A stretch of 64,000 bases of DNA, from positions 2,542,001-2,606,000 of the forward strand of contig CM075981.1 of the NCBI GenBank assembly GCA_038087875.1. Reading direction: 5' to 3'. Below the pieces are notes generated by a model. The model was not told the origin of the DNA. It was given only the letters and a program-made list of their open reading frames with translations, and did no database searches. A program made the position numbers and the translations under genes. This document shows positions 12,590-23,498 of this stretch, piece after piece. The DNA comes from Malacoraja senta. Lineage: Eukaryota. The stretch's first letter is position 1, and the number at the start of each line of letters is the position of its first letter.

Positions 12590-13320
12590 AGAAACATGGA
12601 AAGTAGGTCATTTAGCCAGCACCGCCATTCAATTATGTTCATAGCTATTCGTCCACAATTAGTACCCTTTTCCTGCTTTCTCCCCATATCCCTTGATTCC
12701 ATTAGCCCTATGAGCTAACTCTCTTGAAAACATCCAGTGAATTGGCCTCCACTGCCTTCTGAGGCACAGAATTCCATAGATTCATAACTCTCTGGGTGAA
12801 AAAGTTTTTCCTCATCTCAGTCCTAAATGACCTACCCCTTATTCTTAAACTGTGACCTGTGGTTCTGGACTCCCCCAACATCGGGGACATTTTTCCTGCA
12901 TCTTGCCTGTCCAATCCCTTAAGAATTTTGTATTTCTGTAAGATCCCCTCTCATTCTTCTAAATTCCAGTGAATATCAGCCCAGTCGACCCATTCTTTCA
13001 TCATAAGACAGTCCCGCCATCCCAGGAATTAACCTGGTGAACCTACGCTGCACTCCCTCAATACCAAGAATGCCCTTCCTCAAATTACGAGAGCAAAACT
13101 GCACACAATACTCCAGGTGTGGTCTTACCATGACCCTATACAACTGCAGGAGGACCTCCTTGCTCAGCTTCACAAACCCTTTCGCTATGTAGGCCAACAT
13201 GCCATTTGCTTTCTTCACTGCCTGCTGTACCTGCATGTTTACTTTTATTGGCTGGTGTACAAGCACACCCAGATCTCATTGCACCTCCCCTTTTCCTAAT
13301 CTGACAACATTCAGATAATA
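12590..13320 (-). mobile_element. CR1 LINE 3' fragment
   Basis: RPHLEYCVQF/EGVQRRFTRLIPG peptides in ORFs 12708-12914 and 12976-13266. Confidence 0.85.
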
Positions 13321-13784
13321 ATCTACATTCTCCCCATAACTCCTGACACCTGTACAAATCAACAATCTATCCATCTCTGCATTAAAAATATCCATCGACT
13401 TGGCCTCCACAGACAGCCTTCCATGGGAATGAATTCCACAGATTCACCACCCTCTTACTAAAGAAATTCCTCATCATCGCCTTCTTAAAAGAACGGCCTT
13501 TAATTCTGAGGCTGTGACCTCTTGTCTGAGACTTCCCCCACTAGTGGATTACGTGCAGGCTGAAGAGATTAGTTTAACTTCTCGGCATCATGATCAACAT
13601 CATGTTCAGCACGGACATTGTAGGCCGAAGGGCCTTTACCTGTGCTGCGCTGTTCCATGTTCTGTGTTCCATCGTCTTCTCAATCACAGTGGAGTGGGTG
13701 GGTGGCCAGAGCGAGACGTGGTGGAGACACAAGCAGGAAGTGTGGGGCGGCTGGTTGGCCGCTGGCAGCTGGGATGACGTTGTT

Positions 13785-14005
13785 GTTAAACGTTAACGGC
13801 TGATGCAAGGACACGTTTGGCAGAGGGTGGAGAGGTCGCGGCTGACTCCGGCCAATGCTCCGTGGGAGCCAGTGATTGGTTGAAAGTACGTGAGCGCAGG
13901 CAATGAGGGTCAGGAGAAGCCGGGAGTAAGTATAAACGGAGCGAGCGATGGCAGGAGATGTGAACAAGACCGGCCCCGTCACCCTGTGTGGAGACTCCGG
14001 AGCTG
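13785..14005 (+). promoter_or_regulatory. V-domain gene copy 1 promoter and non-coding exon 1
   Basis: HNF1-like GTTAAACGTTAAC 13785-13797, ERSE 13861-13879, TATAAA 13931, donor CTG|GTAACC at 14006. Confidence 0.65.
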
Positions 14006-14582
14006 GTAACCACCCCTGTGGATCCTTCGTGTCTGTGAGTGATGGGGGTGGGATTGTCTCTGTTCACTGTTCCCGCAGTTCAGAAGCCTGATAGCAGAGG
14101 GGAAGAAGCTGTTCCTGAGTCTGGTGGTGTGAGCTTTCAAGCTTCTGTACTTTCTGCTAGACAGGACCAGGGAGAAGGAGGAATGACCGGGGTGGGACAA
14201 GTGATGGAGTCATAGAGTCATACAGCGAGACCTTTGGCCCAACTTGCCCTCGCCCACCAACTTGTCCCATCAAAACTAGTTCCACCTGCCTGCTTTTGGC
14301 TCTTACCCCACTAATCTTGTCCTATCAATGTACCTGTCTAAATGTTTCTTAATCAATGTGATAGTACCTGCCTCAACTAACTCTCCCGGCAGCTCGTTCC
14401 AAAGAACCTCCACCCTTTGTGTAAAAAAGTCACCCCTCAGTTTCCCATTAAATCTTTCCCCCCCTCACCTTAAACCGATGTCCTCTGGTTCTCGATTCCC
14501 CAACTCTGGGCGGGTTCAGGGAATGTCATCATGAATCCTACTGAGTTGCAATAAGGTGACCCATTGTTTCACCCACAGGAAC

Positions 14583-15116
14583 ATGGGACTGCAGAGATGG
14601 ATAGGATTCATGGTCCTTGTGGAGATGGTGTGGCAGGTCTCCGGAACTGGAACAGGTCCGATCTCCAGAGAATGGGGAGAGGAAGCAAACTTGGCCAAGT
14701 GGAACGCACGGGCACCTCGGCAAGTCAACGATAAACAGCTTCCAAGATGCACGATCGAGACAGATTCTGATACATACAGACATCACCTATCATCGATTGA
14801 CATGAAGGTGCTCGTTGCATCTCTGGGTGGTTCTATTACGCTGCCCTGTAAAGCATCCACATCTGACGAATATCCCCTTTCTGTTAAATGGAGAAAAGAT
14901 GGTGTTGAAATTGCCATATTTAATACTAGAATTGCTGACGAATATCAGGGACTTGATGTCCGCTGACAGTTCGTGCATCGAGATCCCTTTAGTGAATGGG
15001 ACGGCTCATTGCTCCTGACAAGCATAAAAGAGAAAGATGAGGGGACATATTCCTGTGTCTGGTCCACTTTTAGTCGTAAGGAATGTGAAGAATTGGCCCG
15101 GCTGACAATCCAGTGA
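14583..15116 (+). pseudogene. Secreted single V-set Ig-domain gene, copy 1 (in-frame TGA at 14964-14966)
   Basis: Colinear with intact copy 2; TGG>TGA in R-W-Q; the downstream frame continues ...DGSLLLTSIKEKDEGTYSCVWSTFSRKECEELARLTIQ*. Confidence 0.85.
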
Positions 15117-15690
15117 AACCTCCCACTGATTCAGCAGGGCCCGTCCCAGGGTCAGTAGCAAAGTCTAGTTTAGTTTAGTTTAGTTCAGAGGTACAGCAGG
15201 GAAACAAGCCCTTCGGCCCACAGAGCCAAAGGGGACCAGTGATCACCCATACACTAGTTCTATCCCACACACTGGGTACAATTTACACAGACCAATTAAC
15301 CAACAAACATGCACGTCACAGGGATGTGGGAGGAAACCGGAGCACTCGGCGGAAACCCACATGATCTCAGTGCGAACGTGCAAACTCCGTACAAACAGCA
15401 CTCGGGAAATAGAGAGGGTGAATACACAGAGTATTTTGCCCAGAGTGCGGGAATCAAGAACCAGGGGACATAAGTTTAATATGAGGGGCAAATTTTGAAA
15501 GGAACCTGAGGGGCAACTTTTTCACTCAGAGGGGGGGGGTGTATGGAACGAGCTGCCAGAGGAGGTAGTTGAGGCAGGTACTACAACGACATTTAATGGA
15601 CACTTGGATAGGAATGGTTTTATGGGGATATGGGCCAAATGTAACGAAATAGGACTACCTTAGATGGGGTATATGGGTCTTCATGGGCAA

Positions 15691-15895
15691 TGTAGATTGG
15701 CTATTTCCTACTAGCCAATTATAGTGGTTGATAGTAGTGACTCCGCCTAATATGCGGTTTATATTATCAAGAGCTTGCCTACGCTAGTTAGTACGAGTAG
15801 CTGCTAGGAACTGTAATGTCCTGCAGATTTATGCTGCGAGTAGATTTAATAAACATGTGTTGTATCTTGATATGTGTTCGACTCAGCTCATTACA
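15691..15895 (+). mobile_element. Solo LTR (205 bp), identical copy at 21566-21770
   Basis: TG...CA ends, AATAAA, GGCAA/GGCGA target-site-like flanks; empty site in cassette 3 near 31795. Confidence 0.75.
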
Positions 15896-18800
15896 GGCGA
15901 GTTGGGCTGAAGGGCCTGTTTCCGTGCTGTATGACTCTATGACACTAAGTAGGGAATAGTAAAGGTATAAAGATGTGAGCGTGGATCGCATGCAGTGAGG
16001 AGAACTGATCCTGCTTGCACCGGCAAATTGACAATTAATGGAAATAAACTCTCTTCTGCCTGCCCTGAAGACAGCCGGTGTGAGTGATTCTTTGTACGCC
16101 AGCTTTGAGTTGGGTGTGAACTTTGTGCAACTGTTGCTCACTACGGGCAACATCGCCGGGTTCTATGAGCTGTGTCCATTATTGGTCATGACCCCATGGT
16201 GACGGAACAACTTGTGGAAAATCAGGAGTCTGCATATGTTGAGAACAGTAACAAAAATAAAAGGGAATGTGGGTCAGGCAGCATCTGTGGGGGAGCAACA
16301 GAGGCAACGTCTCAGAATGAAGATCCTTCAACAGGACCGGGCAAGAGAGGATGTTTGTCGGTGAAGTTGGGTGAATCACATGGTCTCAGGTGTCAAGAGT
16401 CTTGGGGCAAGAGTGTTGTATGTACCGACAATGGAACGATGAACTTGTTACCTGCAGCAGCAGAACAGGCTTGGAAACACCATACTCATTGATAACATTT
16501 AATAAACAGGTGGTCAAGGTGGCGCAGCGGTAGAGTTGCTGCCTTACAGCGCCGGAGACCTGAGTTCGATCCCCACTACGGGTCCTGTCTGTATGGAGTT
16601 TGTACGTTCTCCCAGTGACCTGCGTGGGTTTTCTACGAGATCTTCTGTTTCCTCCCACACTCCAAAGACGCAGAGGTTTGTAGGTTAATTGGCTTGGTAA
16701 ATGCTTTAAAAAAAATTGTCCCTAGTGGGTGTAGGATAGTGTTCATGTGTGGGGATCGCTGGTCGACGCGGACCCGGTGGGCCGAAGGGCCTGTTTCCGC
16801 GCTGTATCTCTAAAACTAAAACTAAAAGAAACTAAACAGAAAATGCAATTAATTTATAACCCCAATACTAGTGCAAAAAAGCCCAAAGTCCTTAGTGCAT
16901 CCAAAGACAGTCCATGGTTCATAGTTTAGTTACTGTTGTAGAACATAGAACAGTACAGCACAGGAACAGGCCCTTCGGCCCACAACGTGTGCTGAACATG
17001 ATGCCAAGACCAACTCTTATCTGCCTGCACATATCTACATCCCTCCATTCCCTGACATCCATGTGCCTATCCAAATGTCTCTTAAATGCCACTATAGTAT
17101 CTGACACCACTGGCAGCACGTTCCATACACCCACCACCCTACCTGTGAAAAAGTTACCCATCAGATTCCTATTGAATCCGATTGGAAAGACTGGGCATGT
17201 ATTAAACTGGAATTTAGGATGAGAGGGAATCTTATAGAAAGATATCAAATTATAAAAGGACTGGACAAGCTAGATGCAGGAAAAATATTCCCAATGTGGA
17301 AAATTGGGGGAGTCCAGAACAAGGGGGCCACAGTCTAAGAGTTAAGGAAAGGCCATTTAAAACTGAGATTTTTTCTGAGATGAAAACTGAGGGGTTTTTC
17401 ATCTCAGTCCTAAATGGCCGACCCCTTATTCTTAAACTGTGACCCTTGGTTCTGGACTCCACCAACATCGGGAACATTTTTCCTGCATCTATCTAGTCTG
17501 TCCAATCCCTTAAGAATTATATATGTTTTTATAAGTTCCAGTCGCATCCTAAATTCCAGTGAATACAAGCACAGTCGATCCATTCTTTCATCATATGTCA
17601 GGGGTGGAAGATTGCAACCTTCACCTGGTCCGCCCTGTTTTGACTAATGCAATCAACTCGACGCGCACAAACAGAAGATCAAATAGAACAAGTTGTCCTA
17701 CAATTTTAGGCTGTGCACGCCACACGAAAGAAGAAGAAGATCATATGTCAGTCCCGCCATCCCGGGAATTAACCTGGTGAACCTACGTTGCACTCCCTCA
17801 ATAGCAAGAATGCCCTTCCGCAAAATGACAGCGGAGGGCCGCCACTACAGAGACATCCAATAGACCTGATAGAATGATATAAAATTATGAGAGGCGTAGA
17901 TAGCGGAAACAACCAGAAGCAATTTCCCAAAAGCTTTGGAGAGGGTGCAGAAGAAGTTTCCCAGAATGATGCCTGGATTGGAGGTTGTTAGTGATAAAGA
18001 CTGGTTGGATAGTTAGATTAGATTAGATTCCTTTATTTGTCATTCAGACCTTTCGGTCTGAACGAAATTTCGTTGCCTGCAGTCATACATATAATAATAA
18101 ATAACAAAACATACAATAAACCCAAATTAACATCCACCACAGTGGGTTCACCAGGCACCTCCTCACTTTGAGGCAAAAGTCTTAAAGTCTCTGTCTCTTC
18201 CCTCTTTGTTCATCCTCTGCGCTAGGGCGATCCAAGCTTCTGATGTTGTGACCCCGTCGGGTGATGGTAAGTCAGTCCCGCGGCTGAACCCGTGCTCCGC
18301 GACGGGCCGGTTCAAACTCCGCGGCCTGGGGTGGCCGAAGCTGCCGAAGCTGCCGCCCTCCGGTCCAGCGGACGCAGCTGTCAGTTGCGGGAGCTCCAGA
18401 AAAACAGGTCACCCACCTGTGACCTGCGAGCTCCCGATGATGTCGTCCACTGGGCCCGCGGCCGAGCCCTGGATTCAGGTCGCCACCAGTGTCTTTGGTC
18501 GCCACCGCAGCCCCAAAGTCGGCCAGCCTCGCGTTGGTAAGTCCTGGCTCTGCCTCCGGAGCCTCGAGGTCGGTCGGTCGCAGTTGGAGGCCGTCAGCTC
18601 CGCCATTAGGCCTCAGCGCAGACGGAGGCAGAGAAGGGGGATACGACAAGAAAAAGTCGCATTCCCCGAAGGAAGAGACAAAAATCATGTTTCACCCCCC
18701 ACCCCCCCACCCCACACATACACAACCCAATAAACTAAAATGTAACTAAAACAGGACAAAAGAAAACAACAACAAAAGTAAAAACAGACGGACTGCAGGC

Positions 18801-19849
18801 GAGCCGCAGCTGTTCAACAGCGCTGCCACTTCCGGAGTCTTGGATTGTTTTCTCTAGAACTTCAGATGTTGAGGGGAGACCTGACAGAAGGTTATAAAAT
18901 TATGAGAGCCAGATAGGGGAGACAGAACCAATTTCGCAGGTTGGAAATGCCAAAGACTAGAGGGCATCGCTTTAGGGTAGGAGGCTTTCAAGAGAGAGTT
19001 AGATAGAGCTCTTAAAGATAGCGGAGTCAAGGGATATGGGGAGTAGGCAGGAATGGAGTACCGATTGTGGATGATCAGCTATGATCACAGTGAATGGGGG
19101 TGCTGGCTCGAAGGGCCGAATGGAAAACTCCTACACCTATTGTCTATTGTCTATTGAGATAGGACAAATTTGAAGATGTGCAGGGCACAGAGGGTGGTGG
19201 GTGCCTGGAACCCGCTGCTGTGGGTGGTGGAAGCAGACACAATAGTTAACAGTCTTTATCAAAAAAATCTCTTGCATATGTAGGGAATAGAGATGGATCA
19301 TGCGCAGGCGGAGATTAGCTTAACTTGGCATCATGTTCAGCACGGACCTTGTGGGCCAAAGGGCCTGTTCCTGTGCTGTACTGTTCCATGTTCTATGTTA
19401 CATAGTCTTCTCAATCACATCTTGAGAAGAACATTTTCCAGAGGTGCCCTGGTACCACCAGTGTGACATTCATTGTACCTGCTGCAGCCAATGAGTGTGT
19501 TGTGTATACAGCCAGAGGAGAAGATGAGATTTATGTGGAGTTTCATTTTGTAATCATTATTTATTTAATGTCATAGTGTAATAGAGTCATAGAGTGATAC
19601 AGCGTGGAAACAGGCCCTTCGACACAACTTGCCCACACTGGCCAACATGTCCCAGTTACACTAGTCCCACCGGTTGGTCCATATCCCTCCAAATCTGACC
19701 TATACCTGTTCCTGTCTAACTGTTTCTTAAACGTTGGGATAGTTTCTGCCTCAACTGCGATGGTTGACCAGAGCCAGACGTGGTGGAGACACAAGCAGGA
19801 TGTGTGGGGCGGCTGGTTGGCCGCTGGCAGCTGGGATGGCGTTGTTCTT

Positions 19850-20070
19850 GTTAAACGTTAACGGCTGATGCAAGGACACGTTTGACAGAGGGTGGAGAGG
19901 TCGCGGCTGACTCCGGCCAATGCTCCGTGGGAGGCAGTGATTGGTTGAAAGTACGTGAGCGCAGGCAATGAGGGTCAGGAGAAGCCGGGAGTAGGTATAA
20001 AAGGAGCGAGCGATGGCAGGAGATGTGAACTATACCGGCCCCATCACCCTGTGTGGAGACTCCGGAGCTG
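19850..20070 (+). promoter_or_regulatory. V-domain gene copy 2 promoter and non-coding exon 1
   Basis: HNF1-like 19850-19862, ERSE 19926-19944, TATAAAA 19996-20002, donor at 20071, acceptor CACAG| at 20427. Confidence 0.7.
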
Positions 20071-20431
20071 GTAACCACTCCTGTGGATCCTTCAAGTGTC
20101 TGTGAGTGATGGGGTGGGATTGTCTCTGTTCACTGTTCCCCCAGTTCAGAAGCCTGATAGCAGAAGGGAAGAAGCTGTTCCTGAGTCTGGTGGTGTGAGC
20201 TTTCAAGCTTCTGTACCTTCTGCTAGACAGGACCAGGGAGAAGGAGGAATGACCGGGGTGGGACAAGTGATGGAGTCATAGAGTCATACAGCGAGACCTT
20301 CGGCCCAACTTGCCCACGCCCACCAAATGTCCTCTGGTTCTCGATTCCCCAACTCTGGGCGAGTTCAGGGAATGTCATCATGAATCCTACTGAGTTGCAA
20401 TAAGGTGACCCATTGTTTCACCCACAGGAAC

Positions 20432-20965
20432 ATGGGACTGCAGAGATGGATAGGATTCATGCTCCTTGTGGAGATGGTGTGGCAAGTCTCCGGAACTGGA
20501 ACAGGTCCGATCTCCAGAGAATGGGGAGAGGAAGCAAACTTGCCCGGGTGGAACGCACGGGCGTCTCGGCAAGTCAACGATAAACAGCTTCCAAGATGCA
20601 CGAACGAATCAGATTCTGATACATACAGACATCACCTATCATCGATTAACATGAAGGTGCTCGTTGCATCTCTGGGTGGTTCTATTACGCTGCCCTGTAA
20701 AGTATCCAAAGCTTACAATTATCCCCGGTTTGTTAAATGGAGTAAAGATGGTGTTGAAATTGCCTGGTTTCATGTTAGAATGCATGCCCAATATGAGGGA
20801 CCTGATGTCCGCTGGCAGTTCGTGCATGAAGAACCCTCTTATAAACGGGACGGCTCATTGCTCCTGACAAGCATAAAAGAGAAAGATGAGGGGACATATT
20901 CCTGTGTCTGGTCCACTGCTTGTCGTAGGGATTGTGAAGAATTGGCCCGGCTGACAATCCAGTGA
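20432..20965 (+). CDS. Secreted single V-set Ig-domain protein (177 aa, single coding exon), copy 2, intact
   Basis: Predicted signal peptide MGLQRWIGFMLLVEMVWQVSG, about 50-aa linker, V domain with SITLPC (B), VKW (C), DGSLLL (E), DEGTYSC (F); no TM segment. Confidence 0.85.
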   Translation: MGLQRWIGFMLLVEMVWQVSGTGTGPISREWGEEANLPGWNARASRQVNDKQLPRCTNESDSDTYRHHLSSINMKVLVASLGGSITLPCKVSKAYNYPRFVKWSKDGVEIAWFHVRMHAQYEGPDVRWQFVHEEPSYKRDGSLLLTSIKEKDEGTYSCVWSTACRRDCEELARLTIQ

Positions 20966-22131
20966 AACCTCCCACTGATTCAGCAGGGCCCGTCCCAGGG
21001 TCAGTAGCAAAGTCTAGTTTAGTTTAGTTCAGTTCAGAGGTACAGCAGGGAAACAAGCCCTTCGGCCCACAGAGCCAAAGGGGACCAGTGATCACCCCAT
21101 ACACTAGTTCCATCCCACGCACAGGGTACAATTTACACAGACCAATTAACCTACAAACATGCGCGTCTCTGGGATGTGGAAGGAAACCGGAGCACCCGGC
21201 GGAAACCCACACGATCACAGTGAGAACGTGCAAACTCCGTACAGACAGCACCCGGGAAATAGAGAGGGTGAATACACAGAGTATTTTGCCCAGAGTGCGG
21301 GAATCAAGAACCAGGGGACATAAGTTTAATGTGAGAGGGGCAAATTTTGAAAGGAACCTGAGGGGCAACTTTTTCACTCAGAGGGGGGGGGGGGGGGGTG
21401 GGTGTATGGAACAAGCTGCCAGAGGAGGTAGTTGAGGCAGGTACTACAACGACATTTAATGGACACTTGGATAGGTCGATGGATAGGAATGGTTTTATGG
21501 GGATATGGGCCAAATGTAACGAAATAGGACTACCTTAGATGGGGTATATGGGTCTGCATGGGCAATGTAGATTGGCTATTTCCTACTAGCCAATTATAGT
21601 GGTTGATAGTAGTGACTCCGCCTAATATGCGGTTTATATTATCAAGAGCTTGCCTACGCTAGTTAGTACGAGTAGCTGCTAGGAACTGTAATGTCCTGCA
21701 GATTTATGCTGCGAGTAGATTTAATAAACATGTGTTGTATCTTGATATGTGTTCGACTCAGCTCATTACAGGCGAGTTGGGCTGAAGGGCCTGTTTCCGT
21801 GCTGTATGACTCTATGACACTAAGTAGGGAATAGTAAAGGTATAAAGATGAGCAGCGTGGAAGGTGTGAGCGTGGATCGCATGCAGTAAGGAGAACTGAC
21901 CCTGCTTGCACCGGCAAATGTACGATTAATGGAAATAAACTCTTCTGCCTGCCCTGAAGACAGCCGGTGTGAGTGATTCTTTGTACGCCAGCTTTGAGTT
22001 GGGTGTGAACTTTGTGCAACTCTTGCTCACTACGGGCAACATCGCCGGGTTCTATGAGCTGTGTCCATTATTGGTCATGACCCCATGGTGACGGAACAAC
22101 ATGTGGAAAATCAGGAGTCTGCAGATGTTGA

Positions 22132-23498
22132 TACATAGATACATAGATACATAGAAATTAGGTGCAGGAGTAGGCCATTCAGCCCTTCGAGCCTGCACCG
22201 CCATTCAATACGATCATGGCTGATCATCCAACTCAGTATCCCGTACCTGCCTTCTCTCCATACCCCCTGATCCCTTTAGCCACAAGGGCCACATCTAATT
22301 CCCTCTTAAATATAGCCAATGAACTGGCCTCAACTACCCTCTGTGGCAGAGAGTTCCAGAGATTCACCACTCTCTGTGTGAAAAAGTTTTTCCTCATCTC
22401 GGTCTTAAAGGATTTTCCCCTTATCCTTAAGCTGTGACCCCTTGTCCTGGACTTCCCCAACATCGGGAACAATCTTCCTGCATCTAGCCTGTCCAACCCC
22501 ATAAGAATCTTGTACGTTTCTATAAGATCCCCTCTCAATCTCCTAAATTCTAGCGAGTATAAGCCAAGTCTATCCAGTCTTTCTTCATATGAAAGTCCTG
22601 ACATCCCAGGAATCAGTCTGGTGAACCTTCTCTGCACTCCCTCTATGGCTATAATGTCCTTCCTCAGATTTGGAGACCAAAACTGTACGCAATACTCCAG
22701 GTGTGGTCTCACCAAGACCCTGTACAACTGCAGTAGAACCTCACTGCTCCTATACTCAAATCCTCTTGCTATGAAGGCCAACATACCATTCGCTTTCTTC
22801 ACTGCCTGCTGCACCTGCATGCCTACTTTCAATGACTGGTGTACCATGACACCCAGGTCTCGCTGCATCTCCCCATTTCCTAATCGGCCACCATTTAGAT
22901 AATAGTCTGCCTTCCCGTTTTTGCTACCAAAGTGGATAACCTCACATTTATCCACATAATACTGCATCTGCCAAACATTTGCCCACTCACCCAGCCTATC
23001 CAAGTCACCTTGCAGTCTCCTAGCATCCTCCTCACAGCTAACACTGCCCCCCAGCTTAGTGTCATCCGCAAACTTGGAGATGTTGCTTTCAATTCCCTCG
23101 TCCAGATCATTAATATAAATTGTAAATAGCTGGGGTCCCAGCACTGAGCCTTGTGGTACCCCACTAGTCACTGCCTGCCATTGTGAAAAGGACCCGTTTA
23201 CTCCTACTCTTTGCTTCCTGTTTGCCAGCCAGTTCTCTATCCACATCAATACTGAACCCCCAATACCGTGTGATTTAAGTTTGTATCCTAATCTCTTATG
23301 TGGTACCTTGTCGAAAGCCTTCTGAAAGTCCAGATACAACACATCCACTGGTTCTCCCCTATCCACTCTACTAGTTACATCCTCGAAAAATTCTATAAGA
23401 TTCGTCAGACACGATTTACCTTTCGTAAATCCATGCTGACTTTGTCCAATGATTTCACCACTTTCCAAATGTGCTGCTATCCCATCTTTAATAACTGA
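22132..23498 (-). mobile_element. 5'-truncated CR1 LINE with an open RT C-terminal frame
   Basis: ORF 22233-23558 ([27 protein letters not shown]); (CTATGTAT)n tail; TTGA duplication; empty site in cassette 1. Confidence 0.93.

Noticed and set aside
16508-16600. tRNA gene
   Set aside because: A/B-box head of a SINE continuing into the SINE body; no full cloverleaf
20405-20431. Extended N-terminus MTHCFTHRN of the V protein
   Set aside because: It starts at GTG and overlaps a pyrimidine tract and CAG acceptor; the ATG at 20432 precedes the signal peptide
20960-21060. Rearranging Ig/TCR/IgNAR V segment
   Set aside because: No CACAGTG heptamer or nonamer after the V; the domain has its own G strand and stop codon
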